The notes below the pieces were generated by a model that was given only the letters and a program-made list of their open reading frames with translations, ran no database searches and was not told the origin of the DNA. Below are positions 54,834 to 64,000 of a stretch of DNA of 64,000 nucleotides, piece after piece. Made by a program: the position numbers and the translations under genes. The DNA is from Paraspadella gotoi (lineage: Eukaryota; Animalia; Chaetognatha), in contig CM119269.1 in NCBI GenBank assembly GCA_051294375.1, forward strand, positions 19,567,936 to 19,631,935, given 5' to 3'. Every line of letters begins with the position of its first letter. The first letter of the stretch is position 1.

Positions 54834-57195
54834 NNNNNNNNNNNNNNNNNNNNNNNNNNNNNNNNNNNNNNNNNNNNNNNNNNNNNNNNNNNNNNNNNNN
54901 NNNNNNNNNNNNNNNNNNNNNNNNNNNNNNNNNNNNNNNNNNNNNNNNNNNNNNNNNNNNNNNNNNNNNNNNNNNNNNNNNNNNNNNNNNNNNNNNNNNN
55001 NNNNNNNNNNNNNNNNNNNNNNNNNNNNNNNNNNNNNNNNNNNNNNNNNNNNNNNNNNNNNNNNNNNNNNNNNNNNNNNNNNNNNNNNNNNNNNNNNNNN
55101 NNNNNNNNNNNNNNNNNNNNNNNNNNNNNNNNNNNNNNNNNNNNNNNNNNNNNNNNNNNNNNNNNNNNNNNNNNNNNNNNNNNNNNNNNNNNNNNNNNNN
55201 NNNNTTTTTTTTCTAATTAGATCATATTCGAAAACCAAACTATCGATGTCGTTAAAATCTTTCTCGTTAAAATCGTGGTTTTCTTAACGAGATACGCGAA
55301 GACGCGACCAGAAGAAAAAAATAACCATAAAAAGTTAGTTTTTTTTTCTTCTTTTTTTTAAATTTAGGATTTCACGACGAAGAAATTAGCGACTTGGGAA
55401 TAATTAGCGTTTTAGCTCAAAGTCTCAGCTCCACAGAAAGGTATAAACATTGGAACGATGTTAAGCAGGAGAGAAAATATTTATGTATTTTTCTTTTTTA
55501 AATTTGTTTTTCGGCCAAAGATTTTAAAATATGACAGCTTGAACATGTNNNNNNNNNNNNNNNNNNNNNNNNNNNNNNNNNNNNNNNNNNNNNNNNNNNN
55601 NNNNNNNNGAAGAGATCGACGAAGAGAGCAGAGAGGAGAGGGTCTGAGAGACCCATCTGAAATAGAAGGACAAGTCAAACGGTTAACAGTTCTCGACTTT
55701 CGCCATGTGTGATAACAAACACCCGGTACAAAAAAATCGACGGCGGACGAAATGGATCTTTTTTCTCCTCTTTTTTGGGCGAAACCGATATCGAGGATCG
55801 AGAGAGAGAGAGAGGAGAGAGACGAGCAGCACGACGACAGAGAGAGAGAGAGAGAGAGATCTGATCCGGTGACGTCTCGAGGAACATCAGGGCAAGAATT
55901 TTAAGACTTTTCCGGCATCACGTTCCCTCACAAAATAGTATTAAAAAAGATGTCGGATGGTGTCTGCGTAAAATGTAATACTAAGTACTTGTTTGATATT
56001 AAAAATATATCTTTTTTTCAATGAAGAGTTTAGAAATTACTTAGTTTATATTGGCAGAGGATTACATTCACGCAGCTGAAAGACTCTTTTCGATCCTTAG
56101 CGTCGGCAAATGACCACGAGGTACAAAGTCGTCTATGGCCAATCTTCAAAACAATGATAAACAATGATAAAAATGTTAAGGAAAAGCGATATGGACAAAA
56201 CGTATTAACCGACAACCTTGGCTAAGGACAAAACGAATCGGCAAAGGACGTCAGCTCGGGACAAAGCGCGTCGGCTAACCTTGTCGGGCGCGGGCCTCGT
56301 CTTCCAACCTTCGCCTACTCGGGTCCTCGGGTCGCGAAGATAAGCGGAGAAGGAAGAGAAAGGCAGAAGTGGAGGGCAAAAGGAGCGACAGCCTCCTTCT
56401 CCTCCTCTTCGTCTCCGGACTGAGACAAATTGCGACGCCTTTCTGCCCTCACATCTTTTTTTTTATTTCTGCTCCTTCTTTTCTTTCTTTTCTTCCTTCC
56501 TTCCTTCCTTCCTTCTTCCTTCTTCCTTCCTTCCTTCCTTCCTTCCTTCCTTCATCATTCATCGGACATCATTCATTCTATTCTGGTCATTCTTTTTTTC
56601 CCAAATCACATGGTCCTTCCCTTCCTTCTTCCTTCTTTCCTTCCTTCAATTTATTTCCTTCATTCACTGCATTCATTCATTTATTCATTAATTCATTCAC
56701 TCCTTCCTTTCTTCCTTCCTTTCTTCCTTCCTTTACTTTTTTTTCTTTCCTTTCCTTTCCTTTCCTTTCCTTTCCTTTCCTTTCCTTTCCTTTCCTTTCC
56801 TTTACATTTCCTTTCGTTTCCTTTCCTTTACATTTCCTTTCCTAAACATTTATTCGCTTCCTATTTCTCACTTCTTTAATTATTTTATATAATTATTTTC
56901 TACTCGTCTCCATTCCTAACAAGTCTAAGGATAGTAAAGGAATAATTGATAAGAATTGTTATTACAAAAGTTACAATCAGAAATTTACATACATATTTTC
57001 ATCTGCAAATGATAAAAGATTAAAAAGGATAACAATTATTCATTATAGTTTCACCGAAATAAGAAATTATCAGCCTCAAGATACTCTTTGTTTGCTTCGT
57101 TTAAGTAAATTTTCCAATTTTCACTTAATTAGCAGCAATCGCATCACATTCGCAAAATCCGTCATAATTATTTTACGGAGTCTAGAATGGTTCCG

Positions 57196-60100
57196 CTAGA
57201 CTCCACCCGCTCCCCCTCTTCTTCCCTTGGCCATCGTCTTTGCACGATAAAGCGTTCGTCGCAACTGTTAAACAAACGGGAGAGAGTTCGTTAGCTCAAG
57301 CGTTTTGTTCAAGAGTTCAATCGTTAAAGGGCGACAAACGACTTGATAAAATAAAATGTTAACCCTTCAAAATATTTATTTCACTCGCGTTCACTTCCAC
57401 GCGTCATTTTACCTTCCCGATCGTCGAAGCATTTCCGGCCTTGGGAGATTTTTCGGCCCTGATGACCTTTTTTTCTTTCGAGGTCTTTGCATTCGCCGTC
57501 TTTCCGGCATTTGTAGTTTCAGAAGCGACGAAAGAGGACGATATGGACGCCTGTGACGCTTGGGACGCTTTGGTCATGCTCCGAGTTCGCATGGGCTCTA
57601 TCGTTTTTCCAAAAAAAAGAAGCAATGTTTTATCTTTTTTGATCATTTTTTATCGTTTTTAACATCAGAATAAAATTGTCACTAGTCTATCGAGCACAGG
57701 GTCGATTCTCCCTATCTCTCCCCTAGAAATTGCCCCACCACCCCGTAATCACCCCCGAGAAAAGGTCTCGGCCCGCGAACCCTTCTCTTCCGCGTCGGCG
57801 GAGGAGGCGGCATCTTCGAACGATTGTCGTCTTTGTCGTTGTCATCGTCGTCCTTTTCCTTCGGCGTCAGACACAAAACGTCGTCGTTGTTTTGATCATC
57901 AGATTCCTTCGACGGACCCTTGAGCAGCAATACAACTTTGCGGCAGAAACAGCAGCAAGAGCAACGGCGAGTTGTCTGATCAAAGCTAAACGAACCTCAC
58001 TCGACTCCTTTGGGGTTTCCGTCACTTTTTTCGATTCGTCAACCGAAGGCGATGATGACGTCGACGATGACGAAGACGGCACTTGGATTCTGAGGAGAAA
58101 TTTTCGGTTCATATCACCGACGAATTGTCAGAAGAAACTGAGGAGCGGCCTCCGATTCAAATCCCACATCTTTTCAAAGCTGAGCCGATACAAAAGTTGG
58201 GATAGACTTACCCGCCCTAACTGACCTTACTCTATTTTCTTTTTGTTTCACAGAAGTTGGTTGTTTGACGATGGAGCGTGGAGTCTGACCCATCGAGGAT
58301 TCGACCTTCTGCAGTTTTTCCGGTTCAGTGAGCAGCTCGGACGGCTGCTCGGTCGACGGAGGCAAGTTCTCCACTGGAGCCTGAAGAGCAGTTTCATTCG
58401 ATAGCTGAGTCGACGGAGGGTTAGATTGCAGGTTCGGCTGCTGGGTTGCAAGCTGGGGTGATGGAGGCTGCTTGTTCGTCTGCTCAGAGGGCTTATTTGT
58501 TAACTGTTGATTTGATAAACGGGTCGCGGGCTTATTTGTCAACAGAGACGTCTTCTGCGTTGGTAACTGGATCCCCTGCTTCTTTTGAATCGACTGATTA
58601 TTCGCCTTGTTGACAACTGGCTGGTTTTCTTGTCGGGTTGTCTCTCTAGTCGACCTGTGGATTGCCTGTGGAGTTGCCTGTTGATTTTTTTTCTGATTTT
58701 CCGACCGGGTTGCCTGCTGATTTCCCCTCTGAATCGCCCCGTTCGTCGTCTGTTTGGTCATTGACTGCGATGCCTCCTCGCTCCTTTTTCGTTTTCGAAC
58801 TTTCGAAGAAAAAAAACGTACAAAAATTTTAATCCCATTTAATTCCTAGTCGATTAACCCTACGTTAGAAAAATAAAGTGATGAGCAAAAGTAACAGAAG
58901 CTTCGAGCTGGGCATCGTCTGCTTACTCTGCATAGAAGCGTTTGATTGGCTCAGCAAGCTCATCGACATTGCCTTGCTCCAAATGTCTCTGTCGCCTTGA
59001 TCTGACGAAAAAAAAAATCATATCGTTAAATATTTTCATGGTGTAAAAAATGATAGATTAATTTATTTATTGTTCAAGTCATTTTTACTCAGAATCGAAA
59101 GGCCGCTTGTTGTTCGACTAAGTTGGGATGTCGGCAACGGATCTGAGATTGGCGTCTGCCCGATCAAACTCATGGAAGACGCGGTCTTCCAAATATCAGC
59201 TGACATGGTATTAAAGCTAGATAGTATGACATGTCTAAAACTAAAGACAAATACACATGAAAGTACGTGAGTGAATATAAAATATATGGTGGACTAAAAT
59301 CCAACTACAAATCGCGTTTGCATTTCAAGCGGCCATTGGTGCCGGAGCAAGTCATTTCGCTCTCCCAACTCAAAGGTCCGGGGTTCTAGACGCGTGGCCG
59401 CCTAGCAGTTAAGAGGGACGGGGCACTTAACCCGCCTGTAACATGGTGTTACAGCCTGATCCGAAGCTCAGGGACTGCTTATACTGAAATGGTTCTGTCA
59501 CTAACTCATAACAATAATTACTGTCTCTTCATTGGTGAAACTCGACTTCCGAACACAACAGCAACAACAACATTTTCAGGCGACATGCCTCAACCTGGCG
59601 ATGCACTTTCCGCCAAACAACAAATCAGGCGACATGCCTCAACTTGGTGACGCACTTTCCACCAACAACTACAATTCACTGAAGAATGCACAGACTTCTC
59701 CTTCGGGGAGGGGGGATGTATGGTGAACTAAAATCCACCAACCGTTCATCCAGCGACCATGTGTGCCGGAGGCAAGTCATTCGCCTCCCAACCCAAAGGT
59801 CCGGGGTTCTAGCCCGGTGGCCGCCTAGCAGTTAAGAGGGACGGGGCGCTTAACCGCCTGTAAACATGGTGTTACAGCCTGATCCGAATCTCAGGGACTG
59901 CTTATATTGAATGGTTCGTCACTAACTCATAATCAATAAATTACTGTCTCTTCAAATCGAATAATCTAATCCAAACCTTTTGGCAGAAACAAATTGCTGT
60001 TCATCCGAAGCAATTTCCTGGGCGGACTCTGATCTATCGAAGCGGTAGACTGACCCAGGAGACTCATCGACATTGCTTGGCTCCATATGTCCTTGTTGGA

Positions 60101-60446
60101 TTGGCCTCGAGGAATGAAAAATTTTAAATGTAATAAACGTGAATTTGTACGTACATTATACATATTATTTGTGAAATATCACAATCATTTGTCACTTGTA
60201 ATGGACCAATTGCTGGTCGTCCGCCTGATTTGGGCGACGGACGACGATGCTGCAACGGACTGACCAATGAGACTCATCGTCGATGCCGTTCTCCAAAGGT
60301 CTGGATTTGGGAAGGAGAAAGTATAATGAGACAAAAATTACCCATCCAAGCTTTTGATTCAAAGGGTTCCAAGCGGATCTCACTGAATCCGAATTTATGT
60401 GACCAGATTTGATTTTATCTACCTAATCCGACCTGCGTCTGATTAC
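57196..60446 (-). CDS. Multi-exon gene of unknown function with 4 DxWxxAxxMSLxxQ repeats and a Q/N/T/S-rich, basic (nuclear-like) C-terminal part
   Basis: GT-AG exons 60300-60196, 60105-59977, 59199-59089 and 59001-58927 (all phase 1-1; 105/129/111/75 nt), 58799-~58230 (RKRKRSEEASQSM...), ~58178-57681, 57597-57413 and 57264-57196 (stop). The 5' end is not defined. Confidence 0.75.
59329..59402 (+). tRNA. tRNA-Gly(CCC)-derived head (pseudo-tRNA), unit C
   Basis: Acceptor stem GCGGCCA/TGGCCGC, A-box-like TGGTGCCGGAG, anticodon loop CTCCCAA, B-box-like GGTTCTAG; the anticodon stem is imperfect. Confidence 0.65.
59404..59479 (+). ncRNA. Twister ribozyme, type-P5 permutation, unit C
   Basis: P5 AGCAGT/ACTGCT; P2 GG/CC; GA + T1' CGG pairing with L4 CCG; P1 GGCACT; U^AA cleavage motif at 59428/9; T2 GC(59434-5)/GC(59466-7); P3 TGTAACA/TGTTACA; P4 CCTGA/TCAGG with loop TCCGAAGC. 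Confidence 0.85.
59753..59825 (+). tRNA. tRNA-Gly(CCC)-derived head, unit D
   Basis: GCGACCA...TTCGCCTCCCAA...CCGGGGTTCTAGCCCGG-TGGCCGC. Confidence 0.65.
59827..59902 (+). ncRNA. Twister ribozyme, unit D (L4 AAGC>AATC weakens T2)
   Basis: Same fold as unit C; P1 GGCGCT is palindromic with G-U ends; U^A at 59851/2. Confidence 0.75.
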
Positions 60447-60859
60447 CTGAACGTGAATTTTGATTGCTGACGGTTTCTGCGGAAATAAGCGTGTAAATCA
60501 TAACGACAGAATGTGATTTGAAGGACTATTAACGGGAAAATGATTCCAAAAATAAAAATAATAATGATTCATTACTTGGATATACGCTTTTCATTTTGTA
60601 ATTTGTTTTAATCTCCAAATATTTTTGCAAGTGTCGGTTTGTAGGCTTCACTTTTACCGTAGTAATCGATTGTAAAACATAAATTTTAGGCGAAAGCATC
60701 AAGAGACCACCCTATTCTACAAGATGTCTTTCTCTCATTATCCTCGTAGCCCTTTTGTCCTTAACTTTCTCGTCTCACCTTTTCCTTACTTTTTTATTCC
60801 ATCCTTTTTACCTTCCCCCTTCCCCTCACCCTCTCTTTATCCTTTCCCTCCCTTACCTC

Positions 60860-61290
60860 TCACCCGTTCCCCTCCTCATCACCTCCCTTCTTCCTCACCT
60901 TTCCTGCTCCTCACGCGTTCCTCGAGCGATTCACCTTCGAACCTCACCTTTCGCGCTTCGCTTCACGAATCTCGTTTCTTCGCGTGAGCCTCACCTTTTT
61001 TGCTTATCTCTGCTTCGATCACGACCCCTCCCTCGATTAAGAGGAGACCTAACCTTTTATCGATCCGTCGTGACCCTCGACTGAGTCATGACCTTAATTT
61101 CGATTTATTTTAATACTTTAAAAGTTTAAATATATCTCTTCTTAATCTTATGATCCATAATGATAATCTTCATAAAGGCGTGAACTAACCTTTGAATTTT
61201 TTATCCCTGACTTGAATTTTAATTTAAATATAATGAGAGGGCCTTCACAGGCCCGAACCCATGCGTCGACCTGCTTTCGGCTGGGCTCCT
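60860..61290 (+). mobile_element. Penelope-like 3' end with a degenerate hammerhead
   Basis: Frameshifted SSPFLL...SNLTFR...HESRFFA(R)...HDPSL..EE resembles a PLE GIY-YIG tail, followed by TAATGA-GA-GGGCCT-tcac-AGGCCC-GAAC-ccatgc-GTC at 61231-61267. Confidence 0.55.
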
Positions 61291-61934
61291 TTACAAAATT
61301 GATTTCTTAAAAGTTTTAGGGGGAGAAAAGACGGGATGGTTCGAAAAACATGGAGGGGGAAAATAAAAACCTAAAAGGCCATGAGGATAAAAGAATAAAA
61401 CTAAGCTGCAAGTAATAACGAGAGTGTATGCTGAGAAATACGGGATAAATGAGGTTAGCGACTTAAGAGGCAGGGAGGGGGTCAGGCGACCCGGCAAGCA
61501 GCAACCCCGTTTAAGTTTTATGAGTCGCTTGGCCAGAAATTTAGTTTTGAGGCGAAGATGATGGACAAGACGAAGCGAAGGGAAAGCGAAGAAGATATGA
61601 GGTCGTCGTCGCTGTCGTCCTTGTAGACGTCGTCATTGTTTCGTTGTCGGATTCGTTTTCGTTGTTGATGTCATAGAAGCGGTCGTCGTCGTCGGCTTTG
61701 TTGTGGTCGTCGTCTTCACCGTCGTCTTCTGTCACTCTATCATACCTCTGACGGACGACGCGATTTTTTGTTGTTGTCATTCTCCGTTATTTATTCTTGT
61801 TATCATTGTCACCAACACCGTCATCGAAACTTTACAATCTTTATCAGCGTCATGATGTTAGTCGTCGTCGTGATTGCAGCCAGCCTCTTTTTCGCAAATT
61901 GTCTTCGAAGGTAAACTAATATTCTAGGTCGAAG

Positions 61935-61997
<63 letters not shown>

Positions 61998-62045
61998 GAA
62001 GAGAGAAAGAGAGAGACAGAGAGAGAGAGAGAGACGAGAGAAGAG

Positions 62046-62084
<39 letters not shown>

Positions 62085-63019
62085 GAAGAGAGAGATAGGC
62101 AGACAGCAGACACACAGACGACAGACTTACACAAAGACAGAGAGAGACACAGACAGACAAAAAAAAATATACGTTTTATTCCGCGAAGCAAAAGTTATTG
62201 CATTTGGTAATTGGATAGTCCTTGCAGAAGCGAAAATCTATTTCTAAGAAAAGAGTCTGATGAGAGAAAGAAATGGAGATAGACAGTGCGAGGGAGAGGG
62301 AGAGATTTTTCTATGGAGAAGCCTGGAAAAGGTTCATTCATTCCGCTTTTCATTTCCCTCTAATTTCTTTCTCGTTTTTTTTCGCTTCATATATTTTTTT
62401 TTGTATTTATATTTTCCTGTTTTTCTTCTTTTTTTTTCAGTCCCCGCCATTTACAGCGCCTTTTTCTTCCTCTTATTTCTTTTCTATTTTTTTTTTCCTT
62501 TTTCTTTTCTGTTGCCTTCTCTCTTTCAGTTTCATTTTCTCGGCTAATTGAATTTTTCAGTGTTTCCTGTTCCTCCTGTTCCTTCTTGATCATCCGCCTT
62601 ATCCTCGTCCTCCTCCTTCTCCTCGTCCTCCTCGTCCTCCTCCTCCTCCTCCTCCTCCGATTCTTTTTCTTTCTCTTTCCCTCTACTTCCCCTTCTTTTT
62701 TTCCTTCCTTTTCCCCAGAGTTCTCTTTAATTTTCTTTAATCCTTTTCCCGCTGGGCTTCCCCACTCTGCCTTACCTGTTCCTCGCTACTTACTTTTGAC
62801 CATTTACTTTCTTCTCTCTCGATTTATCCGATCCTCACTCTTTTCCTCCTTCATTCCTCCCCTTTTCTTCCCCTCTTCTCCCTTCGATTGACTCAAGGAG
62901 AAAAATTATCGCTTTCGTCGACGTAATGACTTCAATTCCGTCGAATCTCATCCTCTTCCTCCTCGCTGCTCCGCCCCTCCTCCGGCCCCCACTCCCCTTT
63001 TCGTCTTTTGTCTTTCTTC

Positions 63020-64000
63020 CCCACCCTCTCTTTATACCTAGCTTTTTCCGCCCCCTTTCTCCTTCCTTCAACTCCAACGCGCCCCTCCTTTTCTCTTTTC
63101 TTCTCTCCCACCTCTCTTTATCCTACTTATTTTCCCCACCTTTCTCCTTTGCCTTCAACTCCATACGCGCCCCCCTCCTTTCTCTTTTTCTTCTTTCTTC
63201 CCACTTCTTTATCCTCATCTATATTTCCCCACCCTTTCTTCCTTCTTCAACTCCAACCGCCCCGCCTCCTTTTCTCTTTTTCTTCTCTTCTCCACCTCTC
63301 TTATCCTACTTATTTCCACGCCTTTCTCCTTTTTCAACTGCCAACCGCCCCCTCCTTTTCTCTTTTTCTTCTCTTCCCACCTCTCTTTATCCTACTTATT
63401 TCCCACCCTTTCTCCTTCTTCAACTCCAACCGCCCCCCTCCTTTCTCTTTTTCTTCTCTTGCCCACCTCCTTCTTTATCCTACTTATTTCCCCACCCTTT
63501 TCCTTTCTTCAACTCCAACGCCCCCACTCCCTTTTCTCTTTTTTCTTCATCTCCCACCTCTCTTTATCCTACTTGTTTTCCCCACCTTTTCTCCTTCCTT
63601 CAACTCCAAACCGCCCCCGCTCTTTTCTCTTTTTCTCTCTCCACCTCTCTTTATCCTACTTGTTTTCCCCCCCTTTCTCCTTCTTCAACTCCACGCGCCC
63701 CCCTCCTTTTCTCTTTTTCTTCTCTCCCACCTTCTTTATCCTAACTTTTTTCCCCACCCTTTCTCCTTTCTTCAACTCCAACCGCCCCCCTCCTTTTCTC
63801 TTTTTCTTCTCTTCCCACCTCTCTTTGTTATCCTACTTGTTTCCCCACCCTTTCTCCTTCCTTCAACTCCAACCGCCCCCCTCCTTTTGCCTCTTTCTTC
63901 TCTTCCCAACGCTACTCTTATCCTATGCTTGTTCCCCACCGCTTCTCCCTTTCTCAGACTCAACACCGCGCCCCTCCTTTCTTCTCTTTTTTCTCTTCCC
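63020..64000. repeat. Pyrimidine-rich ~88-bp satellite, ~11 units, running off the window end
   Basis: caactccaaccgccccc...cccacctctctttatcctacttatttccc recurs every ~86-97 bp. Confidence 0.9.

Larger units (their letters stand above)
59286..59954 (+). mobile_element. Tandem ~423-nt tRNA-twister element (SINE/retrozyme-like), ~1.6 units, antisense in intron 59200-59976
   Basis: Direct repeats 59329-59531 and 59753-59954, each preceded by tatggtgRactaaaatcca. The spacer holds a ~46-bp duplication (tcaggcgacatgcctcaac...). Confidence 0.8.
46255..60410 (+). repeat. Tandem segmental duplication or uncollapsed haplotype (~46255-54675 vs ~54701-60410)
   Basis: Colinear near-identity over ~6 kb. 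Copy 1 differs mostly by single-base insertions and copy 2 by deletions, and the junction is an N gap. Confidence 0.9.

Noticed and set aside
55690-56430. Possible plus-strand exons (EDYIHAAERLFSIL...)
   Set aside because: Frames disagree between the two duplicate copies, so no coherent gene model can be built.
59329-59402. Functional tRNA-Gly gene
   Set aside because: The anticodon and D stems are imperfect, there is no oligo-T terminator, and it is embedded in a repeat unit; treated as a SINE-type head.

Overview
Eukaryotic genomic DNA, most likely an invertebrate animal: spliceosomal GT-AG introns, very dense (AG)n/(AAAG)n/(GAC)n microsatellites, many N gaps, and indel-rich stretches that look like poorly polished long reads. 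There are no prokaryotic operons, rRNA genes or CRISPR arrays, and most ORF-track entries are microsatellite or gap artefacts. Supportable genes are: a 3-exon gene for a tail-anchored protein with YxN motifs (28982-38928, +); an orcokinin/pedal-peptide-like neuropeptide precursor (44041-44912, +); and a multi-exon gene with four phase-1 exons that each encode a D[IL]WxxAx[ST]MSL[IL][GS]Q motif (minus strand, present twice in a tandem duplication or haplotype pair, ~46255-54675 vs ~54701-60410). Mobile DNA includes several Penelope-like retroelement relics with minimal hammerhead ribozymes, a foldback MITE family, and a 2.2-kb TTAA-flanked Kolobok-like element whose empty site is in the duplicate copy. 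The standout is a ~423-nt tandem element in an intron: a tRNA-Gly-like head fused directly to a circularly permuted (type-P5) twister ribozyme with a covarying pseudoknot and a minimal palindromic P1. It looks like a twister-based tRNA-SINE/retrozyme. All calls were made by eye, without database searches.
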